Shown here piece by piece: positions 20,454 through 35,282 of a DNA stretch of 64,000 bases. Made by a program: the position numbers and the translations under genes. Location of the stretch: NCBI GenBank assembly GCA_963662335.2, contig CAXXVD010000002.1:192001-256000 (forward strand). The letters run 5' to 3'. Source of the DNA: Chloroflexota bacterium. Lineage in GTDB: Bacteria > Chloroflexota > UBA11872 > VXOZ01. How positions within the stretch are numbered: position 1 is the first letter of the stretch; every line of letters starts with the position of its first letter. The notes beneath the pieces were generated by a model. It saw only the letters and a program-made list of their open reading frames with translations. It had not been told where the DNA came from and made no database searches.

Positions 20454-22980
20454 ACGGGTGTCGCTCCAATAAAAAGAGGAGGCGACGACCGTCCACCAGT
20501 TCGACCCGGCTATTCTGCACTTCTCGCTGCGCATCCTTTGAAAACGTCCCATTGGTCACTACGACCGCGTTCGTGGCATCCGGTGTATTGCTGAGAACAC
20601 CGGCAAGTTGACGTACAACTGGTACACCAACGACACTTTCGCCCTTGGTATGCTTGCATTGGATAAGTCGCTTCTCCCGAGCCCCAATCATCTGTCGCTC
20701 TGCGACAACATCCACGCCTCCGTCACGACTATCGCGGGTCTTGTCTGCCCGATAGCCCATTCGCTGATAGAGCCGAGCAACGAGTTCCTCAAATTCATAT
20801 GGACTAAGCCCCCGGAGTCTTCGTTGGTCCCAAGTACCCGACCAAGAGAGTTGGTGTGGCGCGCTCGTGCCTCTGTCATTCCCGCGCAAGCGGGAATCCA
20901 TCTTCTCTTGGCGGGCATACTGATCCGGTAGCGGCAGATCCAATGCCTCAATCAAATCCTCCAAGGTGAGGCTCTCTTCAACCTTCTCGTGCACCTTACT
21001 AGGGTCATCCACATACGCCTGAAAGAGCGCCTTTTTCTCTTGGAGTTTCTGATATATCCATTGCTCAACAGTGTTGAGGGTGAAGAGTGATGTAAAGAAG
21101 ACATCCTTCTCTTGGTTCTTGCGGAGCGCACGTCCTAACGCTTGCTTGTGCGTAGCTGGATTCCACCAGTGATCGAAAAGAACAACATGGTTTGCTACCT
21201 GCAGGTTAAGGCCAACACCTCCAGCTTTAAGTCCCATCAACAGAACCCTGTAACGAGAGTCATGTTCAAACAGTTTCAGCAACTCCTCACGCCTTCTGGT
21301 GCTAAGCCCGCCATGGTAAGTGTCCAATACTGGGAAGTCGTTCTGCAGTCTATCCTTGAGATCCGGAAGAGAGACGTTCGGGTATTGCGAGAACACCAAT
21401 ATCTTGTCTTCAGGCGCAATCTCACGGAGGTGCTCGACCAGAAAGTCTGCCTTTGCACTGCTGCCCGTCTCCGGGTCAAAGTTACAAAGTTGCTTCAGTT
21501 TCTGAATTAGCGCAAGTAAGTGCACTCGCGCCCTATTCTCATCTACTTCACCAAGCACCCGCTGCGCCTCGGAGCGAGAAGCATCATATGCACTCCTGTA
21601 GGCTCTGCCCTGTTCGGGTGTGAGTTCCAACCACCGCTCAACCTCAACAGGCTCTGGGAGATCAAGGACGCCTATCTGCCGCCGCAGCATGACAGGTTGC
21701 ATGAGCTTCTCCTTCTGCTCAGGAGTGAGCCAGTGCTCCCAGCGGGGCAACGCGGCGACAATCGCCTTGACCTGCGCCTTCGTCAATGCGTCGACGGCGA
21801 TAAGGCGCAGAATGCTAATCAGATCATCGATTTTGGTTTCAAGAGGCGTCCCGGTTAGCGCCCAACACCGTTTACGCGGCAAACCGTGCAGCGCCCCTGT
21901 TGTCTTTGCTCCGGGGTTCTTGACTTTCGCAGCTTCATCTAAAATGACGAGGTCGAATTCCGCCAACTGCTGTACAGCCGCCAGGTCCCCTCTTAGCGTC
22001 TCATACGAAACAATCCACACGTGCGCCGGCGCATTCCACTGTTGCTGCCTCTGCACCTTAGGCCCTTCGACCACCTGAATTCGCACTTCGCGCTGCGCCC
22101 AAAGTTCCCACTCTCTTAGCCAGTTTCGAAGTAAAGACTTTGGCGCAACAACCAAGACTCGGGTAACAACTGCCTTTCGGAATAGGAGGCGCGCCGCCAC
22201 GATTGCTTGCGCAGTCTTGCCCAGACCCATTTCATCCGCTAGCAACGCGCCACGCCGCTCCACAAGGAATTGAATGCCCTGAAACTGATGCGGCATGAGC
22301 GGCTCATCGCTGGGGAGTGGGAATATGCCCTTAAGGGTCTTTGGGTCAAGCGGCGGCTGCAAGTAGAGCCACAGGAGTTCAAGCAGGTCCGCTATTGAAA
22401 CACCTCTCTCACTTTTCGGCAGTTTCTTCTGCTTGGCGGCCCGTTCACGGCGGCAGGAGTCACAGGCACCCCGTGGCAAGCCGTGCTTGCAGGCGCCAGA
22501 AGCGATGACTGCTCCCGTGGGAAGTAAGGGAGGGTGATCTTCAAGAGCATCGTCGGAGTCCGTTCTCCCGTATACTCTTGGTCTAGCGCCCAAGAGATCG
22601 GTCATGTCCCAGATGATTGGAAGTGCAAATGTAGTAACATTCAGAAGGGCTGCAAGCGCATCGCAAACTTCAACGTCCATCCCTATGTCCACGTCAAAGT
22701 GCAGCGCACTCGCTACACCGAAGTGTGCTGGAACCCTGTGGACGCTTGCGCCCGCCAAAGTCAGATCGTCGCTGCTGTTAGGCGTCACCAGCAGTGGGAA
22801 ATCTACTGCCTGCGAGGAGTGTGGCTCCAACTTTCGCGCGGTGTGGTGGGGAAAGACCGTGTAGACTTTGTCCAACGCACTGGGAGCAAGACCAGCGTCA
22901 AGCCGTTCAACCTCTCGTACCGGCGGCACTGAGAACGGCGCAGCCCGTTTAGCGGCATTGAGGCGAAGACTTCCCAACAA
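20446..22980 (-). CDS. SNF2-family helicase fused to C-terminal Mrr-like restriction endonuclease
   Basis: LADEMGLGKT, LDEAAKVKN, LTGTP, GVGLNL, FDHWWNP; Mrr domain EFEELVARLY...DGGVDV...IQCKH; lower GC than the flanks. Confidence 0.88.
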   Translation of the reverse strand: MLGSLRLNAAKRAAPFSVPPVREVERLDAGLAPSALDKVYTVFPHHTARKLEPHSSQAVDFPLLVTPNSSDDLTLAGASVHRVPAHFGVASALHFDVDIGMDVEVCDALAALLNVTTFALPIIWDMTDLLGARPRVYGRTDSDDALEDHPPLLPTGAVIASGACKHGLPRGACDSCRRERAAKQKKLPKSERGVSIADLLELLWLYLQPPLDPKTLKGIFPLPSDEPLMPHQFQGIQFLVERRGALLADEMGLGKTAQAIVAARLLFRKAVVTRVLVVAPKSLLRNWLREWELWAQREVRIQVVEGPKVQRQQQWNAPAHVWIVSYETLRGDLAAVQQLAEFDLVILDEAAKVKNPGAKTTGALHGLPRKRCWALTGTPLETKIDDLISILRLIAVDALTKAQVKAIVAALPRWEHWLTPEQKEKLMQPVMLRRQIGVLDLPEPVEVERWLELTPEQGRAYRSAYDASRSEAQRVLGEVDENRARVHLLALIQKLKQLCNFDPETGSSAKADFLVEHLREIAPEDKILVFSQYPNVSLPDLKDRLQNDFPVLDTYHGGLSTRRREELLKLFEHDSRYRVLLMGLKAGGVGLNLQVANHVVLFDHWWNPATHKQALGRALRKNQEKDVFFTSLFTLNTVEQWIYQKLQEKKALFQAYVDDPSKVHEKVEESLTLEDLIEALDLPLPDQYARQEKMDSRLRGNDRGTSAPHQLSWSGTWDQRRLRGLSPYEFEELVARLYQRMGYRADKTRDSRDGGVDVVAERQMIGAREKRLIQCKHTKGESVVGVPVVRQLAGVLSNTPDATNAVVVTNGTFSKDAQREVQNSRVELVDGRRLLFLLERHPST
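20875..20907. repeat. REP/dRS3-like family B (gtcattcccgcgNaagcgggaatccatcttctc) inside a CDS
   Basis: Same element as 55201-55232, 60802, 60974 and 61146; variants at 11091, 23671 and 29292. Confidence 0.8.
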
Positions 22981-22994
22981 AGCAACTCTCCCTG

Positions 22995-23543
22995 TTAGCG
23001 AAAGCGTTCGTCCTGAATCTGTAGCACGTCCACTGCATTCTTGATCCGTTGAAATGGCTCCAAGAGATCAAGGCTATCACCTAGGTGTCGAATGAATTCT
23101 GCCGCTTCACGAGCGTCTTCCGTGTATTGAGGATCAGTCTCCAGTGATACCGGTTGAGTTCGCTTCGACTCTACCGAGACGCCGGACGATTCACCGCCGA
23201 CCGAGAGTGTTTCACCGACCCGGCGGAGAAATATGACAGGGCAGTTGTCCGCATCCCGCAACTCTACGAGAAAGGGTTTGTCAACTAAGTATATCTCCGG
23301 ATTGGCTTCGACCTGGCCCAACAGCGGCCTACCGATTATGTCAATTCCAATGTGGGGTTCAAGCGAATCTCCATAGAGCACACGCTGCACCTGCGAGGGC
23401 TTCACGGGCTCCGTCACGCGGAACTCCTGCGGCACGCCCCGTTCATCCGTAATGAGCACCGCACCCAATCTCCCTCCTTCTTTGTTGATGGTGAGCAGCG
23501 TAAGAAATCCTATCGCTAGCTCTCGCCCATTCCCGTCAGCCAT
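22995..23543 (-). CDS. Hypothetical protein co-transcribed with the SNF2-Mrr gene
   Basis: 182 aa, RBS aaaaggag, low GC, 14 bp from the helicase ORF; LITDERGVPQEFRVTEPVKPSQVQRVLYG motif. Confidence 0.75.
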   Translation of the reverse strand: MADGNGRELAIGFLTLLTINKEGGRLGAVLITDERGVPQEFRVTEPVKPSQVQRVLYGDSLEPHIGIDIIGRPLLGQVEANPEIYLVDKPFLVELRDADNCPVIFLRRVGETLSVGGESSGVSVESKRTQPVSLETDPQYTEDAREAAEFIRHLGDSLDLLEPFQRIKNAVDVLQIQDERFR

Positions 23544-23766
23544 CAGTATTCTCCTTTTAGACGTTCACAACTACCGTAACGGTAAAGTATTCAGGGACTG
23601 GCAAGCAAGCACACCGAATTGCTAGTTTGTCCGTCTTGCCAACTGTTCAGTTCGCAGCGTAGGGTAAAGATGGATTCCGGCTTTCGCCGGAATGACGAAC
23701 AGGCTGCAGCGAGTACCAATTGACGTAAATGACGACTTTGCCAGGATGGTTGCGGCAAGAGCAGAC

Positions 23767-25356
23767 ATGACTCCTACCTACGACGCCATCATCATCGGCG
23801 CGGGGCACAATGGGCTGGTCGCGGCCGGGTATCTTGTCCGGGCGGGGTGGAAGGTGCTGGTGCTGGAACGCAGGCCGCTTGTGGGCGGGGCGTGCGTGAC
23901 CGAGGAGGTGTTTCCCGGCTACCGGGTTTCCACGTGTTCGTATCTGGTGAGCCTGCTGCAGGAGAAGGTGGCGCGGGAGCTTGAGTTGGCGCGCTATGGG
24001 TACAAGGTATTTCCCAAGGACCCGGCGTACTTTGCGCCGTATCCGGACGGCCGCCACATGTTCATGTACCAGGACATGGCGCGCACCCAGCGGGAAATCG
24101 CGAAGTTCTCGGCGCGCGACGCGGAACGCTATCCTGATTACGAAGCGTACATCGAGCGTATCGCGACTCTCGTCGAGCCGCTCATGCTCCAGCCGCCGCC
24201 CCAATTCCCGCCGCAACGGTTGAGCGACTGGCTGGAGCCTCTGCGGGCGGGACGCGCGCTCATGGCGCTTGACACTACCCAGTTGGCCGACGCCGCCAAG
24301 CTCATGACGCGCAGCGTGCAGTCCGTGCTGGACGAGTGGTTCGAATCCGACGCGCTCAAGGTGGCGCTGGCAACCGACGGCGTGATCGGCACGAACGGCG
24401 GCCCGCGGACGCCCGGCACGGCCTACGTGCTGCTGCATCATGTGATGGGCGGCGTGGGGGGCGTGCGCGGCTTGTGGGGCTTCGCGGCCGGCGGCATGGG
24501 GGCGATTACCCAGGCGCTGGCGGCCTCGGCCCAGGCCCACGGCGCGGAGATCAAGACCGAAGCGCCGGTGGCAATGGTGCTCACGCGCGGCGGCGCCGCG
24601 ACCGGCGTGGTTTTGGAAAACGGCGACGAGTACGCCGCAAAGGTCGTCATCTCCAACGCCGACCCCAAGCGCACGTTCTTGAGTCTCGTAGAGCGCAGCG
24701 CACTGCCGGCGGAATTCGTCGCGCAGATCGAGTCGTACCAGTGCGAGGGGTCGTCGTTCAAGCTCAATCTCGCCTTGAACGAGTTGCCGGACTACACGGC
24801 CTTTCCCGGCGCGGCGCTCGGCCCGCAGCACCGGGGCACCACGCACATCTGCCCGGACCTGGACTACCTGGAGCGCGCCTGGGACGACGCCAAATACGGC
24901 ATGCCCTCGGAGCGCCCGCTGCTGGAAATCACCATTCCCACGGCCTATGACTCTTCGCTTGCGCCCCCCGGCAAGCACGTCATGGGCGTCTTTGTGCAAT
25001 ATGCGCCCTATCGCTTGCGGGAACCGCTGCGCTGGGAGGACGAAAAGGAGCGCTTCGTGCAGCGCGTCATCGACATCCTGGCGGCCTACGCCCCCAACCT
25101 GCCCGGCGCCATCGAACACGTGCACGCCCTCTCGCCGCTGGACCTGGAGCGGGAGTACGGCCTCACCGGCGGCAACATCTTCCACGGGGAACTGAGCCTG
25201 GACCAGCTCTTCTTCCTGCGCCCGGCGCTGGGTTGGGCGCGCTACGCCACGCCGCTGCGCAACCTCTACCTCTGCGGTTCGGGGACGCATCCCGGCGGCG
25301 GCGTCACCGGCGCGCCGGGGCACAATGCGGCACTGGAGATTCTACGGCAGCATTGA
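23767..25356 (+). CDS. Phytoene dehydrogenase-like FAD oxidoreductase (PYROXD2-like)
   Basis: IIIGAGHNGL, GGACVTEE, GGNIFHG, NLYLCGSGTHPGGGVTGAPGHNAA. Confidence 0.88.
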   Translation: MTPTYDAIIIGAGHNGLVAAGYLVRAGWKVLVLERRPLVGGACVTEEVFPGYRVSTCSYLVSLLQEKVARELELARYGYKVFPKDPAYFAPYPDGRHMFMYQDMARTQREIAKFSARDAERYPDYEAYIERIATLVEPLMLQPPPQFPPQRLSDWLEPLRAGRALMALDTTQLADAAKLMTRSVQSVLDEWFESDALKVALATDGVIGTNGGPRTPGTAYVLLHHVMGGVGGVRGLWGFAAGGMGAITQALAASAQAHGAEIKTEAPVAMVLTRGGAATGVVLENGDEYAAKVVISNADPKRTFLSLVERSALPAEFVAQIESYQCEGSSFKLNLALNELPDYTAFPGAALGPQHRGTTHICPDLDYLERAWDDAKYGMPSERPLLEITIPTAYDSSLAPPGKHVMGVFVQYAPYRLREPLRWEDEKERFVQRVIDILAAYAPNLPGAIEHVHALSPLDLEREYGLTGGNIFHGELSLDQLFFLRPALGWARYATPLRNLYLCGSGTHPGGGVTGAPGHNAALEILRQH

Positions 25357-25376
25357 GCGCGTCGTCTTCCGTTCAT

Positions 25377-25556
25377 CCTTCGACAGGCTCAAGGCGAACG
25401 GCAGGCGCCCTTCTTGCCAAGATTGAATTTGCCAAACCCCAACTGTCATTCTGCTCCTAACTGTCATTCTGAGGAGCGCAGCGACGAAGAATCTAGAGTC
25501 CGGGAGTCACGTAGATTCCTCGCTGCGCTCGGAATGACAACTGCGCTCGGAATGAC
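25377..25556. repeat. REP cluster (family E ccttcgacaggctcaaggcgaacgg plus family A)
   Basis: Family E recurs at ~34228, 54316, 55311, 60917 and 61089. Confidence 0.75.
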
Positions 25557-25673
25557 AAGAATCGCTGCCTGCAAAGACTACAGGCCTCAGTCTACAAACT
25601 CCGGACGGAGCGCGTGCGGGTTGGCGGGCCTGCCGCCCTCCAGACCGGGCGGCTTGTTTACCCTCGCGTTAAC

Positions 25674-25682
25674 TGCTATCAT
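25674..25682 (+). promoter_or_regulatory. Extended -10 (TGcTATCAT) upstream of rpoB
   Basis: tgctatcat about 70 nt upstream of ATG 25751; rpoB is not preceded by rplL here. Confidence 0.45.
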
Positions 25683-25750
25683 ACAAGTAGTGTACCGTGG
25701 CGCAATAGTCGCTGCGGACAGTGCCCCCAGCCCAGAGAGGATTTGACACT

Positions 25751-28700
25751 ATGGCCATCAGCGGTAACGCATTGCATGATTCCGCCCGGAGCGCACCGGC
25801 TTCGTCCGGAGAACTTGAGCAGCGCAACTACGGCAAATTGCCGGAAATCTTACCGCTACCGGATCTCATCGAATTGCAGATGCGTTCGTTTCGCTGGTTC
25901 CAGACCGAAGGCCTGCGCGAGGTTTTTGCCGAGATTTCCCCGATTGAGGACTTCACCGGCAAGAACTTCGAACTGAGTTTCGAACTGCCGGAGTACCCGT
26001 TCGACCGGCCGCCCTATGACGAGAACGAGTGCCGCAAGCGCGACCTCACCTACCAGTCGCCGCTGCGCGTGCGCGCCAAACTCCTCATCAAGCAGACCGG
26101 CGAAATCAAGGAAATGACCGTCTTCATGGGCGACTTTCCGCTCATGAGCACCTCCGGCACGTTCATCTACAACGGCACCGAGCGCGTGGTCGTCAGCCAG
26201 TTGGTGCGCTCGCCCGGCGTCTACTTCACGCGCAAGGAAGACCCGTCCGGCAGCCGCTTCTTGTACAACGCCAAGCTCATTCCCAATCGCGGCGCGTGGC
26301 TGGAGTTCGAAACCAGCGCGAAGGACATCCTGACGGTGAAAGTGGACAAGCGCCGCACCATTCCGGTAACGGCGCTGCTGCGGGCGGCGGGCTACGGCAC
26401 CGACAGCGAACTCTACGAACTCTTCCAAGAAGTGGACACCAACCCGGAACATCCGTACATCGCCACCACCATCGGCGGGCAGGACGGCGCGCAGCGGCGC
26501 GACCCGTCTACCAGCCACGAAAGCGGCTTGCGCGAGGTCTACAAGCGCATCCGCCCCGGCGATCCGGTCACGCTGGACAACGCCAAGAACCTGATCGAGT
26601 CCACCTTCTTCAACAGCCGCCGCTACGACCTGGGCCGGGTGGGCCGCTACAAGCTGAACAAGCGGCTGCAGATGCCCGAGCCGCCGGAGGTGCGCACCCT
26701 CACGCCGGAAGACCTGGCCTACATCGTGCGCACGCTCATCGAACTGAACAATTCTCAAGCGCCCGACGACGACATCGACCATCTGGGCAACCGGCGGGTG
26801 CGCGCCGTGGGCGAACTCTTGCAGAACCAGTTCCGCATCGGCCTGCTGCGCATGGAGCGCGTGATCAAGGAGCGCATGACGCTGCAAGACCCGGCCACCG
26901 TGACGCCGGCGGCCCTCATCAACACCCGGCCGGTGGTCGCCGCCGTGCGCGAGTTCTTTGGCGGCAGCCAGCTTTCGCAGTTCATGGACCAGACTAACCC
27001 GCTTTCGGAGCTTGGGCACAAGCGGCGGCTCTCGGCCATGGGGCCGGGCGGCCTCTCCCGCGACCGCGCCGGCTTCGACGTGCGCGACGTGCACTACTCC
27101 CACTACGGGCGCATCTGCCCGATCGAGACGCCGGAAGGCCCGAACATCGGCCTCATCGGCAGCCTGGCCACCTACGGCCGCGTGAACGACTACGGCTTCA
27201 TCGAGACGCCGTACCGGCGCGTCGTGCAGTCGCTCACCTTCGCGGGCGACGGCGCGGACCTCATCGGCCACACCGTTTCCGCGGACGTTGCGCATGAGGA
27301 CACCGTGCTCGTGCCGGCCGGCGCCGTGATTACGAAGAAAGAGACGGCGGCCCTGAAGCGCGCCGGGCTGGCAGGAACCGAAATTGCCGTCCGTCCCTTT
27401 GCCAGCATGAGCGACGACGGCGTGGAATACCTCTCCGCGGACGAAGAAGACAAGTACATCGTCTCCCAGGCGAACGCCCGGGTGAACGCGGTTGGCGAGT
27501 TCGAGGAGGAACGGGTAGCGTGCCGCTCCGGCGGCCAATTCCTGCAAGAGACGCCCGCCAACATCAACTTCATGGACGTCTCGCCCAAGCAGATCGTCAG
27601 CGTGCCCACCTCGCTCATTCCGTTTTTGGAGCACGACGACGCCAACCGCGCCTTGATGGGCGCCAACATGCAGCGGCAGGCGGTGCCCCTGCTCACGCCG
27701 GAAGCGCCGCTGGTGGCCACCGGCATGGAGTGGAAAGCGGCGGAAGATTCCGGCCAGGTGCTCTGCGCCGCCGTGGACGGCATCGTCAGCAGCGCCACGG
27801 CCCGCGAAATCCGCCTCTTGGGCGACGACGGCGAGGAACACGTCTACCCGCTCAAGAAGTTCCAGCGGACGAACGCCGCCACCTGCTTCAACCAGCGCGC
27901 CATCGTGCGCAAGGGCGAACAGGTCAAGCAAGGGCAGCCCCTGGCCGATAGCTCCAGCACCGACAACGGGCAACTGGCGCTGGGGCAGAACGTGCTCTGC
28001 GCCTTCATGTTCTGGGAGGGCAGCAACTACGAGGACGCCATCATCATCAGCGACCGGGTGGTGCAGAACGACCTCTTTACCTCCGTGCACGTGGAGAAGT
28101 ACGAGTGCGAGGCCCGCGACACCAAGTTGGGGCCCGAGGAGATTACGCGCGACATTCCCAACGTGGCCGAAGAGGCGCTGCGCAACCTGGACGATAGCGG
28201 CGTCATCTACGTGGGCGCGGAAGTGCATCCCGACGACATCCTGGTCGGCAAGGTCACGCCCAAGGGCGAGACCGACCTGACCGGCGAGGACCGCCTGCTG
28301 CGCGCCATCTTCGGCAAGGACGCCCGCGACGTGAAAGACACCTCCAAGCGCATGCCGGCCGGCGAGCACGGCAAGATCGTGGACGTGCAGACGTTCGAGA
28401 AAGACAAAGGCGACGAACTGCCCAGCGGCGTCAACGAGATGGTGCGCGTCTCGGTGGCCTCCAAGCGCAAGCTCATGGCCGGCGACAAGATGGCCGGCCG
28501 CCACGGCAACAAGGGCGTGGTGGCGCGCATCATGGCGGTGGAGGACATGCCCCATCTGGCCGACGGCACGCCGGTGGACATCGTCCTCAGCCCGCTCGGC
28601 GCGCCCTCGCGCATGAACCTCGGCCAGATTCTGGAGGCGCACCTGGGCTGGGCCGCCAGCGAACTCGGCTTCCAGGCGGTGGTGCCGGTCTTCGATAGCG

Positions 28701-29251
28701 CCGCCGAAGCCGAAATCGAGGAAGTGCTGGAAGAGGCAGACTTGCCCAACGACGGCAAAGACGTCCTCTACGACGGCCGCAGCGGCGAACCGTTCGACCA
28801 GGAAATCACCGTGGGCTGGGTCTACATGCTCAAGCTCGCCCACCTGGTGGAGAACAAAGTCCACGCGCGCTCCACCGGCCCCTACTCGCTCATCACGCAG
28901 CAGCCCCTGGGCGGCAAGGCCCAGTTCGGCGGCCAGCGCTTTGGCGAGATGGAGGTCTGGGCGCTGGAAGCCTACGGCGCCGCCTATACCTTGCAAGAGA
29001 TGCTCACGGTCAAGTCCGACGACGTGCACGGGCGCGTCAAGACCTACGAAGCGATCGTGAAAGGGGAAGAGGTGCTCCAGCCCGGCATACCGGAGTCGTT
29101 CAAGGTGCTGGTAAAAGAACTCCAGAGCCTGGCGCTGGCGGTCGAGGTGCTGAACGAGAATGAGGAAGAGATCCACTTCCCCGACGAGAGCGAAGCGGAC
29201 GGCATGTCCGACTTGGGCATCAACCTGCAAGGCCGGGAGCATCACGAATAG
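25751..29251 (+). CDS. rpoB: DNA-directed RNA polymerase subunit beta
   Basis: [56 protein letters not shown]. Confidence 0.99.
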   Translation: MAISGNALHDSARSAPASSGELEQRNYGKLPEILPLPDLIELQMRSFRWFQTEGLREVFAEISPIEDFTGKNFELSFELPEYPFDRPPYDENECRKRDLTYQSPLRVRAKLLIKQTGEIKEMTVFMGDFPLMSTSGTFIYNGTERVVVSQLVRSPGVYFTRKEDPSGSRFLYNAKLIPNRGAWLEFETSAKDILTVKVDKRRTIPVTALLRAAGYGTDSELYELFQEVDTNPEHPYIATTIGGQDGAQRRDPSTSHESGLREVYKRIRPGDPVTLDNAKNLIESTFFNSRRYDLGRVGRYKLNKRLQMPEPPEVRTLTPEDLAYIVRTLIELNNSQAPDDDIDHLGNRRVRAVGELLQNQFRIGLLRMERVIKERMTLQDPATVTPAALINTRPVVAAVREFFGGSQLSQFMDQTNPLSELGHKRRLSAMGPGGLSRDRAGFDVRDVHYSHYGRICPIETPEGPNIGLIGSLATYGRVNDYGFIETPYRRVVQSLTFAGDGADLIGHTVSADVAHEDTVLVPAGAVITKKETAALKRAGLAGTEIAVRPFASMSDDGVEYLSADEEDKYIVSQANARVNAVGEFEEERVACRSGGQFLQETPANINFMDVSPKQIVSVPTSLIPFLEHDDANRALMGANMQRQAVPLLTPEAPLVATGMEWKAAEDSGQVLCAAVDGIVSSATAREIRLLGDDGEEHVYPLKKFQRTNAATCFNQRAIVRKGEQVKQGQPLADSSSTDNGQLALGQNVLCAFMFWEGSNYEDAIIISDRVVQNDLFTSVHVEKYECEARDTKLGPEEITRDIPNVAEEALRNLDDSGVIYVGAEVHPDDILVGKVTPKGETDLTGEDRLLRAIFGKDARDVKDTSKRMPAGEHGKIVDVQTFEKDKGDELPSGVNEMVRVSVASKRKLMAGDKMAGRHGNKGVVARIMAVEDMPHLADGTPVDIVLSPLGAPSRMNLGQILEAHLGWAASELGFQAVVPVFDSAAEAEIEEVLEEADLPNDGKDVLYDGRSGEPFDQEITVGWVYMLKLAHLVENKVHARSTGPYSLITQQPLGGKAQFGGQRFGEMEVWALEAYGAAYTLQEMLTVKSDDVHGRVKTYEAIVKGEEVLQPGIPESFKVLVKELQSLALAVEVLNENEEEIHFPDESEADGMSDLGINLQGREHHE

Positions 29252-29289
29252 CGCGGCCATCCCGCGGGCGGCAGCTACGACCATCTCTC

Positions 29290-29415
29290 CGTCTTTCCCG
29301 CGAAAGCGGGAATCCATCAACCTGCCGCAGCAAGCCCGCCCCGTACACGCAATCCGGTAACGCGGGGGCTCATCTCCCGCCCAATCCCGTAGCGCGGGGG
29401 CTTGTCCCCCGCTCT
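29290..29415. repeat. REP copies (families B and C: gtagcgcgggggcttgtcccccgc) between rpoB and rpoC
   Basis: Family C recurs at ~34308, 44472, 50985, 51650-51807, 55255, 60858 and 63198. Confidence 0.75.
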
Positions 29416-29536
29416 TCCAAGAACGACGACGAATATCGGTGCGACGACTTCTTTTGCAACCCGCCGGCGCGTATCCGGCGGGTGCCGCACAGTAGCGCAG
29501 GCGTGAAGCCTGCGGCCACAGGAGGCGCAATAGACT

Positions 29537-34156
<4,620 letters not shown>

Positions 34157-34176
34157 CGCGCGCATTGATCACGGGC

Positions 34177-34470
34177 GTAGGGGCACGACATGTCGTGCCC
34201 CTACGCCTGTGATGCCGGCCGCTCACCCTTCGACACGCTCAGGGCGAACGGTAGATGCCACGCCACCGCCGCGCGGTGTGGGCCCTTCGCTATTCACCTG
34301 CAATACCGTAGCGCGGGGGCTTGTCCCCCGCCGGTGTGCAAGGCACGGAGGGCGATCGCCGCAAGTTTCCCTCCGGCAGACGACGTCCACATCTTGACCC
34401 TACCCTGACGCAGGTTGCAAACCTGCGCTACCGGGCAGGGGCGATGAAGAAGCGCGGGAATGACGGAGGG
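34177..34470. repeat. REP cluster (family D gtaggggcacgacatgtcgtgcccctac; families E, C, F)
   Basis: 28-bp GTAG...CTAC palindrome, also at 44309-44336, 50621-50648, 54348-54375 and 56350-56377. Confidence 0.85.
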
Positions 34471-34499
34471 TGGGCGCTCATTGCAAGGCAAGGACGCGC

Positions 34500-34967
34500 C
34501 TACGCTTGGCGGCGGGGGGTCTGGCGGTCTTCCGAATTCAGGATGATGGTCACCGGCCCGTCGTTGACCAGGGAGAGTCGCATCATCGCGCCGAACTCGC
34601 CGCAGGCCACGGCAATGCCCCGGCCGCGCAGGTCGCTCACAACCTGTTCGATTAAGGGTTCGGCTTCCGCCGGCCGGGCCGAGCGCGTGAAGCTGGGCCG
34701 GCGGCCCTTGCGGGTCTCGCCGTAGAGCGTGAACTGCGAGACCGCCAGCACCGCGCCGCCGACTTCCTGCACCGAGAGGTTCATCTTGCCGGCGTCGTCG
34801 CCAAAGATGCGCAAGGTGGCGAGTTTGGCGGCAATGTAGGCCGCGTCCTCAGCCGTATCGCCGCTCTTCACCGCGATCAGCGCCACCAGCCCGTGGCCGA
34901 TGCTGCCGGTCGTCTTCTCGCCAACGTCCACGCGCGCTTCCCGCACCCGTTGCGCCACAGCCAACAT
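34500..34967 (-). CDS. dtd: D-aminoacyl-tRNA deacylase
   Basis: QRV, KMNLSV, VSQFTL, GRRPSF, VNDGPVT. Confidence 0.95.
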   Translation of the reverse strand: MLAVAQRVREARVDVGEKTTGSIGHGLVALIAVKSGDTAEDAAYIAAKLATLRIFGDDAGKMNLSVQEVGGAVLAVSQFTLYGETRKGRRPSFTRSARPAEAEPLIEQVVSDLRGRGIAVACGEFGAMMRLSLVNDGPVTIILNSEDRQTPRRQA

Positions 34968-35070
34968 ACGCGGTACCTTACAGAGGGGTCAGTCAAGCGA
35001 CAAAGTCCCTGCAAAGTATAGCACGCGGGGTTCCTCCCAGCCGCGCGTCACGTTCTTTCTTCCCCTGCGG

Positions 35071-35076
35071 TATAAT
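35071..35076 (+). promoter_or_regulatory. -10 box TATAAT of the pdh operon
   Basis: Perfect TATAAT about 205 nt upstream of the pdhA ATG. Confidence 0.55.
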
Positions 35077-35282
35077 GGTTAAGGACTGGCGCGCGGCAGA
35101 CCCTGGGGGAGGCGAACAGCGCGCCGCGGATTCGTCAGCCTATATTTCCGCAGACGGGACGCCCGGTCATAGAGAAGACCTGCGGCCGGCTTCCGCGCGG
35201 ACGTCCGACTTCGACAGAGACGTCGACTTCGACGCAGACGGGCTGCGTGCACGCGCAGCAAGACAAAGGAGGTTGCACGGGA

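Noticed and set aside
25856-29530. 1224-aa antisense ORF (and similar shadows on znuA, secA, rpoC and proA)
   Set aside because: High-GC shadow frames opposite well-supported genes.
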